Source: Oceanispirochaeta sp.
Lineage (GTDB): Bacteria > Spirochaetota > Spirochaetia > DSM-2461
Direction of reading: 5' to 3'
Assembly: GCA_963666275.2 (NCBI GenBank)
Contig: CAXXOA010000001.1
Span: 128,001 to 192,000 of the forward strand
Length of the DNA: 64,000 nucleotides
The number at the start of each line of letters is the position of its first letter. The stretch's first letter is position 1. Positions 48,750-58,448 of the stretch are shown here, piece by piece. A program made the translations under genes and the position numbers. The notes under the pieces were generated by a model. The model did no database searches and was not told the origin of the DNA. It worked only from the letters and a program-made list of their open reading frames with translations.

Positions 48750-50258
48750 ATGTCTGACTATATTCTGCAGGTCGAAAATATCAAAAAATCTTTTGGGGGG
48801 GTAAAAGCCCTGAAAGGTGTCTCTCTGGCAATCAGAAAGGGAGAAATCCACTCTCTTGCCGGTGAGAACGGCTGCGGGAAATCTACGCTGATTAAGATTA
48901 TTTCCGGCTTTTACGAAGCCGATGAAGGCCTCATCAATCTTGATGGGAAAGAATTTAAAAAGATTCATCCTATGGATGCTATTCACAGGGGTGTTCAGGT
49001 TATCTATCAGGACTTTTCGGTATTCCCGAATTTAACAGTTATGGAAAATCTGGCGTTCAATATGGAACTGATGAACCGCCATAAAATTGTCAATTATAAA
49101 AGGATGAGGGAGATCGCGGAGACAGCCGTTTCCCGGATCAACTTCAACATAGATCTGGATGAAAGGGTAGAGAATCTGCCTGTTGCGGATAAGCAGCTCA
49201 TCGCTATCAGCAGGGCTCTTCTGTATGACGCCAGGCTGATTATCATGGATGAGCCGACAACGGCCCTTACGAAAAAAGAGGTGAAATCTCTTTTCGGAGT
49301 CATAAAGAATCTTCAGCAGCAGGGCATTGCCATACTGTTTGTTTCCCATAAACTGGATGAGGTCTTTGAGATCTCCGAAGGGTTTACAATTCTGAGAAAC
49401 GGAGAAAATGTTGTAACAGGACGAACCTCCGAGCTGGATAACAGAAAATTTGCCTATTATATGACCGGACGGGAGTTTAAGGAGGAATCCTTTCATGCGG
49501 CTTCAGCGGGGAAGGATCCTCTTCTGGAGGCAAAGAATCTTTCCCTTTCGGGGGCTTATGAAAATATAAGTTTTGCCCTCAGACCGGGAGAGATCCTGGG
49601 GATTACAGGCCTCCTCGGTTCAGGGCGAACCGAGCTGGTTCAGACCCTCTTCGGAATGAAATTTCCCGATTCGGGAGTGCTTCTCGTTGAGGGGCGGGAG
49701 AAAGAACTCTCCTGTGTGAAAGACGCCGTAGACAGCGGGATCGGATACGTTCCGGAAGACCGTCTTACGGAAGGTCTCTTTCTCCCCCAGTCTATTACCT
49801 TGAATACAATCGTCGCCAAAATTGACAAACTCACTGGAAAATCCGGTTTCCTCCAGACGGAAAAAATCGATTCAGAGGTTTCCCGCTGGATTAAAGAACT
49901 TGCTGTGGCTGCCAGTGATGCGGACCAGCCTGTACAGACCCTGTCCGGGGGTAATCAGCAGAAAATCGTGCTGGCCCGATGGCTGGCAAATGATCTGAAG
50001 GTTCTGATCCTCAACGGGCCCACAGTGGGAGTGGATATCGGGTCTAAATATGATATTCATGCTCTGTTGAGAAATCTGGCGGAACAGGGCATGGGCCTTA
50101 TCGTCATCTCCGATGATCTGCCGGAGATCCTGTCCACCTGCAGCCGGGTCCTGGTCATGCGGGACGGACAGGCCGTCGGGGAGCTGGATCCGGGGGTGGC
50201 CACGGAAGAGGACCTGAACCGAGTCATAACCGGAGATCTTCAGGGGGCCGTGAAATGA
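48750..50258 (+). CDS. monosaccharide ABC ATPase (two NBDs)
   Basis: GENGCGKSTL, MDEPT, YVPEDR, LSGGNQQK, PT.GVD.G.K. Confidence 0.93.
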   Translation: MSDYILQVENIKKSFGGVKALKGVSLAIRKGEIHSLAGENGCGKSTLIKIISGFYEADEGLINLDGKEFKKIHPMDAIHRGVQVIYQDFSVFPNLTVMENLAFNMELMNRHKIVNYKRMREIAETAVSRINFNIDLDERVENLPVADKQLIAISRALLYDARLIIMDEPTTALTKKEVKSLFGVIKNLQQQGIAILFVSHKLDEVFEISEGFTILRNGENVVTGRTSELDNRKFAYYMTGREFKEESFHAASAGKDPLLEAKNLSLSGAYENISFALRPGEILGITGLLGSGRTELVQTLFGMKFPDSGVLLVEGREKELSCVKDAVDSGIGYVPEDRLTEGLFLPQSITLNTIVAKIDKLTGKSGFLQTEKIDSEVSRWIKELAVAASDADQPVQTLSGGNQQKIVLARWLANDLKVLILNGPTVGVDIGSKYDIHALLRNLAEQGMGLIVISDDLPEILSTCSRVLVMRDGQAVGELDPGVATEEDLNRVITGDLQGAVK

Positions 50259-51286
50259 ATATTAGTATAAAAAAAATGAGAAAAAGCACTGAACCCTATG
50301 TGCTGGCCGCCATCATACTGCTGAGTTTTCTCATACAGTTCCGGAGCGGGCAGTTTTTTACAGGGAATAACCTGGTAGATCTCAGCCGGTCGATCATTGT
50401 CCCCGCCCTTTTTGCCATCGGGGCGCAGATTGTCATTGTCTCCGGGGGGATCGATGTGTCCTTTCCGGCTATAGCCTCCCTGTCCATGTATATTACCACC
50501 CGGGTTCTTCTGAATGTCGATTATGCCGGTCCTGTGGTTCTCCCCTATCTGATGGGAGCCGTTTTCGGCGTGATTATGGGCCTTTTCAACGGATTCCTGA
50601 TCGGGTTTTTCCGCTTTCCCACCCTGGTCGTGACTCTGGGAACATCCAGCCTTTATATCGGCATTATGCAGGGGGTCCTGGCAGCACACGAACTGCCTGT
50701 CCCTCCGGCCATGTTTGAACATGGCAAGGCCAGGCTCTTTTCGGCCTACAACGCCGGCCTGGGGCTGAGCTCGGATATGCCTGTGACAATATTCATTCTG
50801 ATCTTTTTCCTGGCCCTTACCTTTTTCCTGCTGAAGTTCACCATGCTGGGCCGGGGGATCTATGCTCTGGGAGGAGATGAAGTTTCTGCTCAGAGAGCGG
50901 GATTCAATATCCTGGGAATCAAACTGTTTATCTACTCCTATGTGGGGCTGATTGCCGGGATCGCCGGAATCGCCCGGGCTTGTATGATGAGAAACTGTCA
51001 TCCCACAAACCTTCTGGGAATTGAAATGATTGTGATTGCCGCGGTTGTCCTGGGGGGAACCCGGGTCACAGGGGGGCTGGGAACTCTGACAGGGACCATG
51101 CTGGGGATGGCTCTGATGACGATTATGTCCAACAGTCTGATTCTGCTGGGGATCTCCACATACTGGCAGAAAGTCTTTACCGGTATGATCATTCTCATCG
51201 GGACCGGGGTTTCGGCCTCCCAGGTTATGACTTCAAAGAAAAAGAAGAAGTCCCATAAACCGGAACGCAAGGAGGCTCTGTCGTGA
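50255..51286 (+). CDS. monosaccharide ABC permease
   Basis: GGIDVS, PTL.VTLG, GR.IYA.GG, IAAVVLGG...GG.G. Confidence 0.9.
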   Translation: MNISIKKMRKSTEPYVLAAIILLSFLIQFRSGQFFTGNNLVDLSRSIIVPALFAIGAQIVIVSGGIDVSFPAIASLSMYITTRVLLNVDYAGPVVLPYLMGAVFGVIMGLFNGFLIGFFRFPTLVVTLGTSSLYIGIMQGVLAAHELPVPPAMFEHGKARLFSAYNAGLGLSSDMPVTIFILIFFLALTFFLLKFTMLGRGIYALGGDEVSAQRAGFNILGIKLFIYSYVGLIAGIAGIARACMMRNCHPTNLLGIEMIVIAAVVLGGTRVTGGLGTLTGTMLGMALMTIMSNSLILLGISTYWQKVFTGMIILIGTGVSASQVMTSKKKKKSHKPERKEALS

Positions 51287-52296
51287 TTCGGAAAATGAAA
51301 ATCACAACCAATTCCAACAACTTCCGTCTCTTTATGATGCTCATTGCGGTATTTTCCCTAATGAGTCTGATGGAACCGGAGATATTCCTGCGGTCCTGGA
51401 ACCTCGTGTCCATGCTGAAGCAGTTTCCCGAATACGGTCTGATGGCCGTAGGGATCAGCCTTGCCATGATGACAGGTGGTATCGATCTGGCGGTGGTGGG
51501 AACAGCCAACCTTTCGGCCATTGTGACCGCCCGGTTTCTGATAGCCATGGTGCCCAAAGGCTCGCCGGACGGTTATGTCCTTCTAATGGTTTTACTGGGC
51601 ATTCTGATTGCCCTGCTTGTGGGAGCCTGTGCGGGAATCTTCAACGGAATACTGATTTCCCGATTTAATATTCCCCCCATCCTGGCGACCCTGGGAACCC
51701 AGCAGCTCTTTACGGGATTTGCCATTGTGATTACAAAGGGGAGGCCCATCAGCGGTCTGCCTATCCTGTTTTCAAAGATCGGGAATAAAACCCTCCTGGG
51801 ATTTCTTCCCGTACCGTTTCTGGTGTATACAGCGGCGGCCATTGCGATAGGGATCCTGCTCTCCCGGACAAGATTCGGAAAGCAGATTTACCTGATCGGT
51901 ACCAATCCCACAGCGTCCCTTTTCGCGGGAATGAACAATACCCTGATCATCATTAAAACCTATATGATTTCGGGGATCCTCTCTTCGGTGGCCGGACTCA
52001 TTATGATGGCCCGTGTTAACTCGGCCAAAGCGGACTACGGATCATCCTATACTCTGCAGTGTGTGCTTATCGCCGTTCTGGGAGGGGTTCATCCGGAAGG
52101 GGGCTTCGGAAAAATTACCGGAGTCACCATGGCGATCCTGATCCTTCAGATACTCTCTTCAGGGCTGAATATGTTTGAAAATGTCAGCAATTTCTACAGG
52201 GATGTTATCTGGGGCGGTGTACTGATTCTTGTTCTTATCATGAATTATGTCATCTCCCGGAGGAATACAAGAAAAGCCCTGCAGGCAGGCAGATAA
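51283..52296 (+). CDS. monosaccharide ABC permease
   Basis: TGGIDL, PPILATLG, G..IY.IG.N, AVLGG....GG.G. Confidence 0.9.
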   Translation: MIRKMKITTNSNNFRLFMMLIAVFSLMSLMEPEIFLRSWNLVSMLKQFPEYGLMAVGISLAMMTGGIDLAVVGTANLSAIVTARFLIAMVPKGSPDGYVLLMVLLGILIALLVGACAGIFNGILISRFNIPPILATLGTQQLFTGFAIVITKGRPISGLPILFSKIGNKTLLGFLPVPFLVYTAAAIAIGILLSRTRFGKQIYLIGTNPTASLFAGMNNTLIIIKTYMISGILSSVAGLIMMARVNSAKADYGSSYTLQCVLIAVLGGVHPEGGFGKITGVTMAILILQILSSGLNMFENVSNFYRDVIWGGVLILVLIMNYVISRRNTRKALQAGR

Positions 52297-52309
52297 AAAA
52301 GGAGTTTCT

Positions 52310-52624
52310 ATGCAGAGAGTAGGTTTTAAGATGCGCCTCCATCCCGGTATGGCAGAGGAGTATAAAAAAAGGCATGACCAAATCTGGCCGGACCTGAAGG
52401 AAGAGCTGCGCCGGGCCGGTCTGAGAGAGTTCAGTATATTCCTGGATGATGACGGGATCACCCTGTTCGCCTTTCATCTTCTTACACCCGACCGGACCGA
52501 TGAAGGGCAGCCGGGGGGGGAGGTACAGCGGAAGTGGTGGGCGTATATGGAGCCCCTGATGGAGTGCAACGAGGATTCTTCACCCAGAATCTGGCCGCTG
52601 AAAGAAGTTTTTTATATGGAATAA
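52310..52624 (+). CDS. rhaM: L-rhamnose mutarotase family protein
   Basis: MQR.GF.M.L.PG..EEYK.RH..IWP, SIFL, KWW.YM, L.EVFY; ATG at 52310 after AGGAG. Confidence 0.85.
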   Translation: MQRVGFKMRLHPGMAEEYKKRHDQIWPDLKEELRRAGLREFSIFLDDDGITLFAFHLLTPDRTDEGQPGGEVQRKWWAYMEPLMECNEDSSPRIWPLKEVFYME

Positions 52625-52639
52625 CAGAAGGAGGAATCA

Positions 52640-53614
52640 ATGATAAAATATGCAGTCATTCTGGGGAATCTGGGAAATACCTGTGACCGTTTTCTTTCCA
52701 GCGGCTATAAGGATGTGGAGTCGAAAGAGAGCCTTATCAGGCAGGCTTCGGAAATTGACGGAGTGAAAGGGATTGAACTTGTGGGAACATGGGATGTCTC
52801 TCCGGACAATGTCAATGAGATGAAGCAGATGCTGGACCACTACAGACTGGAGTGTGTTTCTATCATTCCGGATCATTTCAGCCAGAAGCAGTGGGGACGG
52901 GGGACCCTTTCGGCCAAAGATGAAGCAACCCGGAAGGCTGCTATGGATTACACCCGTGAGTGTGTGGATATGGCCCGCAAGCTGAATTGCGGTGTCCTCA
53001 ATATCTGGCCGGGCCAGGACGGTTTTGATTACTCCCTTCAGAGCGATCTGGTTCAGGAGCGCCGTTGGCTTAAAGAGAATCTTTATACCCTGGCGGAAGA
53101 AGCTCCGGATATACGGTTTTCTCTGGAATATAAACCCAAGGAACCGCGGAATTTCTGTTTCATGGCCAGGGCTTCGGATACCCTTCTGATGGCCAAGGAA
53201 ATAGGCCTGGAAAATGTGGGTGTCACCATAGATACGGGTCACTCTTTTGTGGCGGGAGAGAATGTCTCCGAAGCGGCCGTCATATTGCAGGAGTACGGAA
53301 AAAAACTATTCCATATGCATTTCAATGACAATTATAATAGTTGGGATGATGATATGATTGTGGGGAGCGTCCATTTTCCCCTCTATGTGGAACTCCTTTT
53401 CTGGCTGAAGGAAACGGGATACCAGGGCTGGTACTCTATGGATCAGTATCCCTATCGGGAAGACGGGAAGGGAGCCATTGAAGCCAGTATTAAATACCTT
53501 CAGATGATTGACAGGATCCTGACGGAAGAGAAGCGTTCGGAGATAAAGGAACTTCTGAAAGACGGGAATGCCGTGAAAGCCCAGAACTGGCTGAGGCAGA
53601 CCTTTTTCAAATAA
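52640..53614 (+). CDS. xylose-isomerase-like TIM-barrel sugar isomerase
   Basis: IWPGQDGFDY, LEYKPKEPR, GVTID.GH, H.HFNDN...WDDD. Confidence 0.85.
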   Translation: MIKYAVILGNLGNTCDRFLSSGYKDVESKESLIRQASEIDGVKGIELVGTWDVSPDNVNEMKQMLDHYRLECVSIIPDHFSQKQWGRGTLSAKDEATRKAAMDYTRECVDMARKLNCGVLNIWPGQDGFDYSLQSDLVQERRWLKENLYTLAEEAPDIRFSLEYKPKEPRNFCFMARASDTLLMAKEIGLENVGVTIDTGHSFVAGENVSEAAVILQEYGKKLFHMHFNDNYNSWDDDMIVGSVHFPLYVELLFWLKETGYQGWYSMDQYPYREDGKGAIEASIKYLQMIDRILTEEKRSEIKELLKDGNAVKAQNWLRQTFFK

Positions 53615-53670
53615 GATCCCATTCAACAGAACAGAATAAAAACGGTCTCCCCCGGCAAAAAGGGGAGACC

Positions 53671-54123
53671 CTAAACGAGATGATCCCCGATGAATTTTCT
53701 GTCTTCTTCTGAAAAGTCAGAAACAAAGCCCCTGGCCCCCAGCCAGTAGAAAGCTTCTTTATCGGTCAGGAAGAACCGGGGCATGATGTGGGGTGTTTCG
53801 GCAAAGACCCGCTCCCACTGATTTTTTACCATTCCCTTGCCACCTGAAATGTGTTCCACAGACCAGGCTGTGCAGCGGCAGTTCTGTTTTTCCGCCCACA
53901 GGGTAAAATCCAGGACCAGATGTTCCGCCTCCGGGCTCATGATCGCTGTATTCAGGGCGACAAAGAGAAGTCCCCAGGGTTCTGTTCCCGATTTCAGGAC
54001 AAGGGTTTCCATGTCCGATAGGAATCGCAGAAAGCTCTCCATATTATTGGGGCCGGCCAGAATGGCAACCACAACCCTGTTGGTAATTGAGAGGTGGTAC
54101 TCACCATGGGCCAGGAATATCAT
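53671..54123 (-). CDS. hypothetical protein
   Basis: 150-aa ORF directly downstream of the RmlD-like gene, ends at a hairpin (53643-53670). Confidence 0.65.
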   Translation of the reverse strand: MIFLAHGEYHLSITNRVVVAILAGPNNMESFLRFLSDMETLVLKSGTEPWGLLFVALNTAIMSPEAEHLVLDFTLWAEKQNCRCTAWSVEHISGGKGMVKNQWERVFAETPHIMPRFFLTDKEAFYWLGARGFVSDFSEEDRKFIGDHLV

Positions 54124-54143
54124 ATCTTATATTCTAACGGAGA

Positions 54144-55013
54144 TTAGCCCATTTTCAAATTATATTCCCTGACGCAGCGGCTTATGCCCTCCATGGTTTC
54201 GGAGAACTTTATGTCTCCGGACTGGATCAGAGAGGTATCCAGCCTGGCATCCCGGGGATGATCTGAGTATTTTTCCCTGTCCGGTATAATCAGTTCCCCG
54301 ATCCGGTTTCCCAGTCCCATCTCTCTGAGGATATGACAGACTACGTCGTATCTGTTATTGTCATTTTTTGCTCCCGTATGATAGAGGCCGGGAGCCAGGT
54401 CCAGGATCCTGTCAAACTGATCTATGAGCTCATTCACATAGGTCAGTCCCCTGTATTCGTTGACAGGAACTTTGAAGGGTTCCCCTTTCATCACGGACTT
54501 CACTGTATCCCAGAAAATATTGTTCACTACCGGCCGGTTCCTGTCGGGAACTCCGAACATCCAGGTAAACCGGAGAATGATCAGGTTTTCAAGAACTTCC
54601 CGGATCTTTCCTTCGGCTTCGTATTTGTTTTTACCGTACATTGTGTCGGGATCGGGGATATCCGTCTCCTTATAGGGGCCGCTTTCCCTGTTGCCGTTAA
54701 ATACCTGCTCTGTGCTGAGAAAGATCATCCGGGAACCGTACTCTCTGCAGGCCCTGGCAATATTGACGGCTCCGTCCACATTGATGGCATGGCATTTTTC
54801 CGGGTTCTTATTACAGAAATCCGTCAGGGCGATGGCCGCAGCATGGATCACGTAGTCGGGTTTGAAAAGCTTGAAGGCGTTCATGACTTTGTCTTCTTCC
54901 AGGATATCCAGTTCCTGTACATCCGTGGACAGTATGGAGAATTTCCCCTGATAGGTTTCCCGGAGCCGGGTACCTATAAAACCATTGCCGCCTGTAAGCA
55001 GAACTCTTTTCAT
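54144..55013 (-). CDS. RmlD-like extended SDR (NAD(P)-dependent sugar reductase/epimerase)
   Basis: TGGNGFIG, PD.VIHAAA, STEQVF.G, YG.NK, R.TW. Confidence 0.88.
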   Translation of the reverse strand: MKRVLLTGGNGFIGTRLRETYQGKFSILSTDVQELDILEEDKVMNAFKLFKPDYVIHAAAIALTDFCNKNPEKCHAINVDGAVNIARACREYGSRMIFLSTEQVFNGNRESGPYKETDIPDPDTMYGKNKYEAEGKIREVLENLIILRFTWMFGVPDRNRPVVNNIFWDTVKSVMKGEPFKVPVNEYRGLTYVNELIDQFDRILDLAPGLYHTGAKNDNNRYDVVCHILREMGLGNRIGELIIPDREKYSDHPRDARLDTSLIQSGDIKFSETMEGISRCVREYNLKMG

Positions 55014-55093
55014 GTTTCACTCCTATTGGCTATTAAAATTTTTCATATTTTCGATTATTATACATTATCTGAAGATATAGCGATAGATGTAAT

Positions 55094-55124
55094 TTCATAT
55101 GATAATATATAATTATCATATGAA
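55094..55124. promoter_or_regulatory. paired TTCATATGAA-type operator in the SDR / GRE divergon
   Basis: TTCATATGAT at 55094 and ATCATATGAA at 55115 (21 bp apart). Confidence 0.65.
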
Positions 55125-55154
55125 GAATATACCCTTTTAAAGGAGCCGGCCGTT

Positions 55155-57524
55155 ATGGAACAGTTAGATCATCTCATGTCTCTCTCTCTGGATGAGGAGA
55201 TCCTGAACTATAAGAAAAAAATTATGGAGGAGGAGCGGATTGTTTCGGTCGATCAGGCCCTCAGTATAACCCGTTCCTACAGGGAAAATCCCCATGATTC
55301 TGTGGTCCTGCAAAGGGCGAAGGCCTTTGCTCTGTCTCTGAAAGAACTGCCTATCCGGATAGATCCGGAAGAAAAGCTGGTTGGAAACAGAACACCCGGG
55401 ATCCGAAGCGGCGTGATCTTTCCGGAAGCCGGACTGTCCTGGCTTGAGAAGGAGTTTGATATTCTGGATACAAGGGACCAGGACAAATTCCAGAAATCCG
55501 AGAAAGAACGTAAAGCCCTATTTGAAGAGCTGATTCCCTTCTGGCAGGGCAGAACTCTGGAGGACTATATCGGCCGGGAGCAGGGCGGTCCCATTAAAGA
55601 GATTGGCCGGGTTGTTAAAATCAATCAGAAGGACCATGCCCAGGGGCATATTGCTCCGGACTGTGTGAGCTGGCTTCATAACGGACCAGCTGAACTGGCG
55701 GCCAAAGCCCGGAAGCTTAAACTGGCGGCTCCCCGGGATAAACAGGACTTCTATGAAGCCCTGGAGACAGCCCTGGACGGGGCATCTTCTTTTATCCTGC
55801 GCTATGGAGACCTGGCGGAAGAGCTGAGTTCCCGGGAGGAGTATAGAAAGGCATCTGATGAGATGAGGGAGATCAGCAGAATCTGCCGGAAGCTGGCCGT
55901 GGAACCAGCCGGAACTTTTCATGAGGCCCTTCAGTCCCTCTGGTTTCTGTTTGTTCTGCTTCAGGCCGAATCCAATGCGTCCTCCTTCTCTCCGGGAAGG
56001 CTGGATCAGTACCTCTACCCCTATCTGGAAAAAGACCTTGCTTCGGGTGTTCTGACACTTGAGGCTGCGCAGATCCTTCTGGAGCACCTCTGGCTGAGCT
56101 TTAATAAAATTGTCTATCTCCGGAACTCCGAAGGGGCCCGGTATTTTGCAGGATTCCCCATAGGATTCAATGTGGCCGTAGGCGGGCAGGACAGGGAGGG
56201 GCGGGATGCGTCGAACCTCCTGTCCTGGATGTGTCTGAAAGCCCAGGAGCATATCGGGCTGCCCCAGCCCAATCTCTCTGTCCGGCTCCACAGGAACAGC
56301 CCCGATGATTTTGTGGACTACTGCTCCTTTGTGATAGGCAAAGGCAGCGGTATGCCCCAGATCTTCAATGACGAAAGTATCATTCCCTCCCTTGAAAACG
56401 TGGGGATCAGTCACGATGACGCCATGAATTACGCGGTGGTAGGCTGTGTTGAACTGACAACTCCCGGGAACAATCTGGGCTGGAGCGATGCGGCCATGTT
56501 CAATCTTGTAAAGGCGCTGGAGATGACCCTGAACAACGGCGTCTGCCTTCAGACGGGAGAACAGATCGGTCCGGGCTTCGGGTCTCTGGAAGAGTATAAA
56601 ACCTTTGAGGACCTGGAAGAGGCCTTCCGGAAACAGATGGACTACTACATTGATAGAATGATCGGTATCTGTGATTTTGTTGACCGGGCCCATGCGCAGA
56701 TCCTTCCCTCTCCCTTTCTCTCTTCGGTGATCGATAACTGCATGGAAAAGGGACTGGACGTTACCGCCGGAGGAGCCCTGTATAACCTGTCGGGGATCCA
56801 GCTGATTCAGGTGGCCAATGTGGCAGACTCTCTGGCTGTAATAAAAAAGCTTATCTTTGAGGATAAGTCTCTTACTCCCCGGGAGCTCATGGAGGCACTG
56901 AAATCCGACTGGGAGGGAAAGGAAAAACTCAGACAGAGGGTCCTCCATCACGTTCCCAAATACGGTAATGATGTGGAGTGGGTCGATCAGCTGGGAAACA
57001 AGTGGGTTACCTACTTTGCGGCTAGACTGAAAGAGTTCCGCAATGCCCGGGGCGGCCCCTATCACACGGGTCTGTATACGGTTTCAGCCCATGTGCCCAT
57101 GGGGAAGAATGTGGGAGCCTCTCCGGATGGCCGGTATTCCGGATCCCCCCTGGCTGACGGGGGAATCTCCGCCATGTACGGAAGGGACGAAAAAGGTCCC
57201 ACAGCCCTGTTGAAATCTGTCAGCCGGGTCAGTTCTCTTCCTGCCAGCAACGGCACCCTGCTGAACATGAAATTCCTTCCGGACTTCTTCCGTTCTGCCG
57301 AAGACAGAAAGAAATTTTCGGCCTTGCTGAAGAGTTTTGTCCGGTTGAAAATCCATCATGTCCAGTTCAATGTGGTCCGGAAAGAGGATCTCCTGGCAGC
57401 CCAGGAGAATCCGGAAGACTACAGGGGACTTACAATAAGGGTGGCCGGTTATACCGCCTATTTTACAGAACTGGCCAGGGACCTGCAGGATGAAATCATC
57501 GCCCGGACCGGTTACGGAGCCTGA
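55155..57524 (+). CDS. pflD: glycyl radical enzyme, PflD-like
   Basis: Cys loop VVGCVE, glycyl loop IRVAGYTAYF; K.NQ.D..QGHI, ESNASS.S.GR.DQY, RYFAGFP, YTVSAHVP.G as recalled for the PflD clade; single Cys, so not PFL. Confidence 0.8.
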   Translation: MEQLDHLMSLSLDEEILNYKKKIMEEERIVSVDQALSITRSYRENPHDSVVLQRAKAFALSLKELPIRIDPEEKLVGNRTPGIRSGVIFPEAGLSWLEKEFDILDTRDQDKFQKSEKERKALFEELIPFWQGRTLEDYIGREQGGPIKEIGRVVKINQKDHAQGHIAPDCVSWLHNGPAELAAKARKLKLAAPRDKQDFYEALETALDGASSFILRYGDLAEELSSREEYRKASDEMREISRICRKLAVEPAGTFHEALQSLWFLFVLLQAESNASSFSPGRLDQYLYPYLEKDLASGVLTLEAAQILLEHLWLSFNKIVYLRNSEGARYFAGFPIGFNVAVGGQDREGRDASNLLSWMCLKAQEHIGLPQPNLSVRLHRNSPDDFVDYCSFVIGKGSGMPQIFNDESIIPSLENVGISHDDAMNYAVVGCVELTTPGNNLGWSDAAMFNLVKALEMTLNNGVCLQTGEQIGPGFGSLEEYKTFEDLEEAFRKQMDYYIDRMIGICDFVDRAHAQILPSPFLSSVIDNCMEKGLDVTAGGALYNLSGIQLIQVANVADSLAVIKKLIFEDKSLTPRELMEALKSDWEGKEKLRQRVLHHVPKYGNDVEWVDQLGNKWVTYFAARLKEFRNARGGPYHTGLYTVSAHVPMGKNVGASPDGRYSGSPLADGGISAMYGRDEKGPTALLKSVSRVSSLPASNGTLLNMKFLPDFFRSAEDRKKFSALLKSFVRLKIHHVQFNVVRKEDLLAAQENPEDYRGLTIRVAGYTAYFTELARDLQDEIIARTGYGA

Positions 57525-57535
57525 AAGGACTGAGT

Positions 57536-58435
57536 ATGAATGCTGTAATTTTTGATATCAAACGCTTTGCTGTCCATGACGGTCCGGGAATCCGGAGCTC
57601 GGTTTTTTTAAAGGGCTGCCCCCTGAACTGCAAGTGGTGTCATAATCCCGAAGGAATTTCCGGAGCCATTCAGCTCTGGTATTTCAAAGGGCGCTGCCTT
57701 AAATGCGGTGACTGTGTAAAGGTCTGCCCGGAAGGGGCTTTGAGTCTGGATAAGAAAACAGGCATCTCCATTGACAGGAATCTCTGCACCGACTGCGGAG
57801 CCTGCACCAAAGCCTGCCCCACAGGTGCCCTGACGTTTATAGGGTCTGAAGTTTCCATAGATACAGTCGTGGAGGAACTCCTGCTGGACAGGGTTTTCTA
57901 TGAGGAGTCGGGTGGGGGAATTACCCTGACAGGAGGAGAGCCTCTGGCTCAGGGGAAAGCCGCTCTTGAGATCCTCAGGCGAATGAAAAAAGAGGGGATC
58001 GCCACGGCTGTTGAAACCAGCCTGCAGATTCCCCCAGAGACCCTGAAAGCAGCGACGGAGGTCACGGACTTTTTTATGTGTGATCTGAAAATCATGGATC
58101 CGGAAAGGCATAAAAAAGCTATAGGCCGGAATAATATCAGGATCCTTGAAAATCTGAAATGGCTTGCTGCTTCAGAGGCTCAGATCCTGGTGAGAGTACC
58201 TCTTATTCCGGGATTTACAGACAGCCGGGAGAATCTGAACGGCATCGCTGAGTTTCTGGACTCCCTTGAAAGGGCTCTTCCTGTGGAACTGATGAACTTC
58301 AATCCCCTGGCAAAGGAAAAGTTCCGGGTCCTGGGGCGGCCCTATGAACCGGCGGGAGCGGATTCTCCCTACAGCCCAGAGGATATGGATGAGTTCCGGG
58401 ATATTTTCCTATCCATGGGACTGGAAGTGAAGTAA
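57536..58435 (+). CDS. glycyl radical enzyme activating enzyme (radical SAM + ferredoxin insert)
   Basis: HDGPGIR..VFLKGCPLNCKWCHNPE, two CxxCxxCxxxCP motifs, GG.T..GGE. Confidence 0.93.
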   Translation: MNAVIFDIKRFAVHDGPGIRSSVFLKGCPLNCKWCHNPEGISGAIQLWYFKGRCLKCGDCVKVCPEGALSLDKKTGISIDRNLCTDCGACTKACPTGALTFIGSEVSIDTVVEELLLDRVFYEESGGGITLTGGEPLAQGKAALEILRRMKKEGIATAVETSLQIPPETLKAATEVTDFFMCDLKIMDPERHKKAIGRNNIRILENLKWLAASEAQILVRVPLIPGFTDSRENLNGIAEFLDSLERALPVELMNFNPLAKEKFRVLGRPYEPAGADSPYSPEDMDEFRDIFLSMGLEVK

Positions 58436-58448
58436 GGAGAAATAAGCA

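Noticed and set aside
55518..57065. 515-aa antisense ORF (and similar shadows 6345-7199, 28536-29414, 39593-40609, 43559-44560, 54333-55112)
   Set aside because: Antisense to well-supported genes, with no recognisable motifs; expected from codon bias
55155..57524. Pyruvate formate-lyase call for either GRE
   Set aside because: Both have a single Cys (GCVE, GCIE) rather than the adjacent CC of PFL
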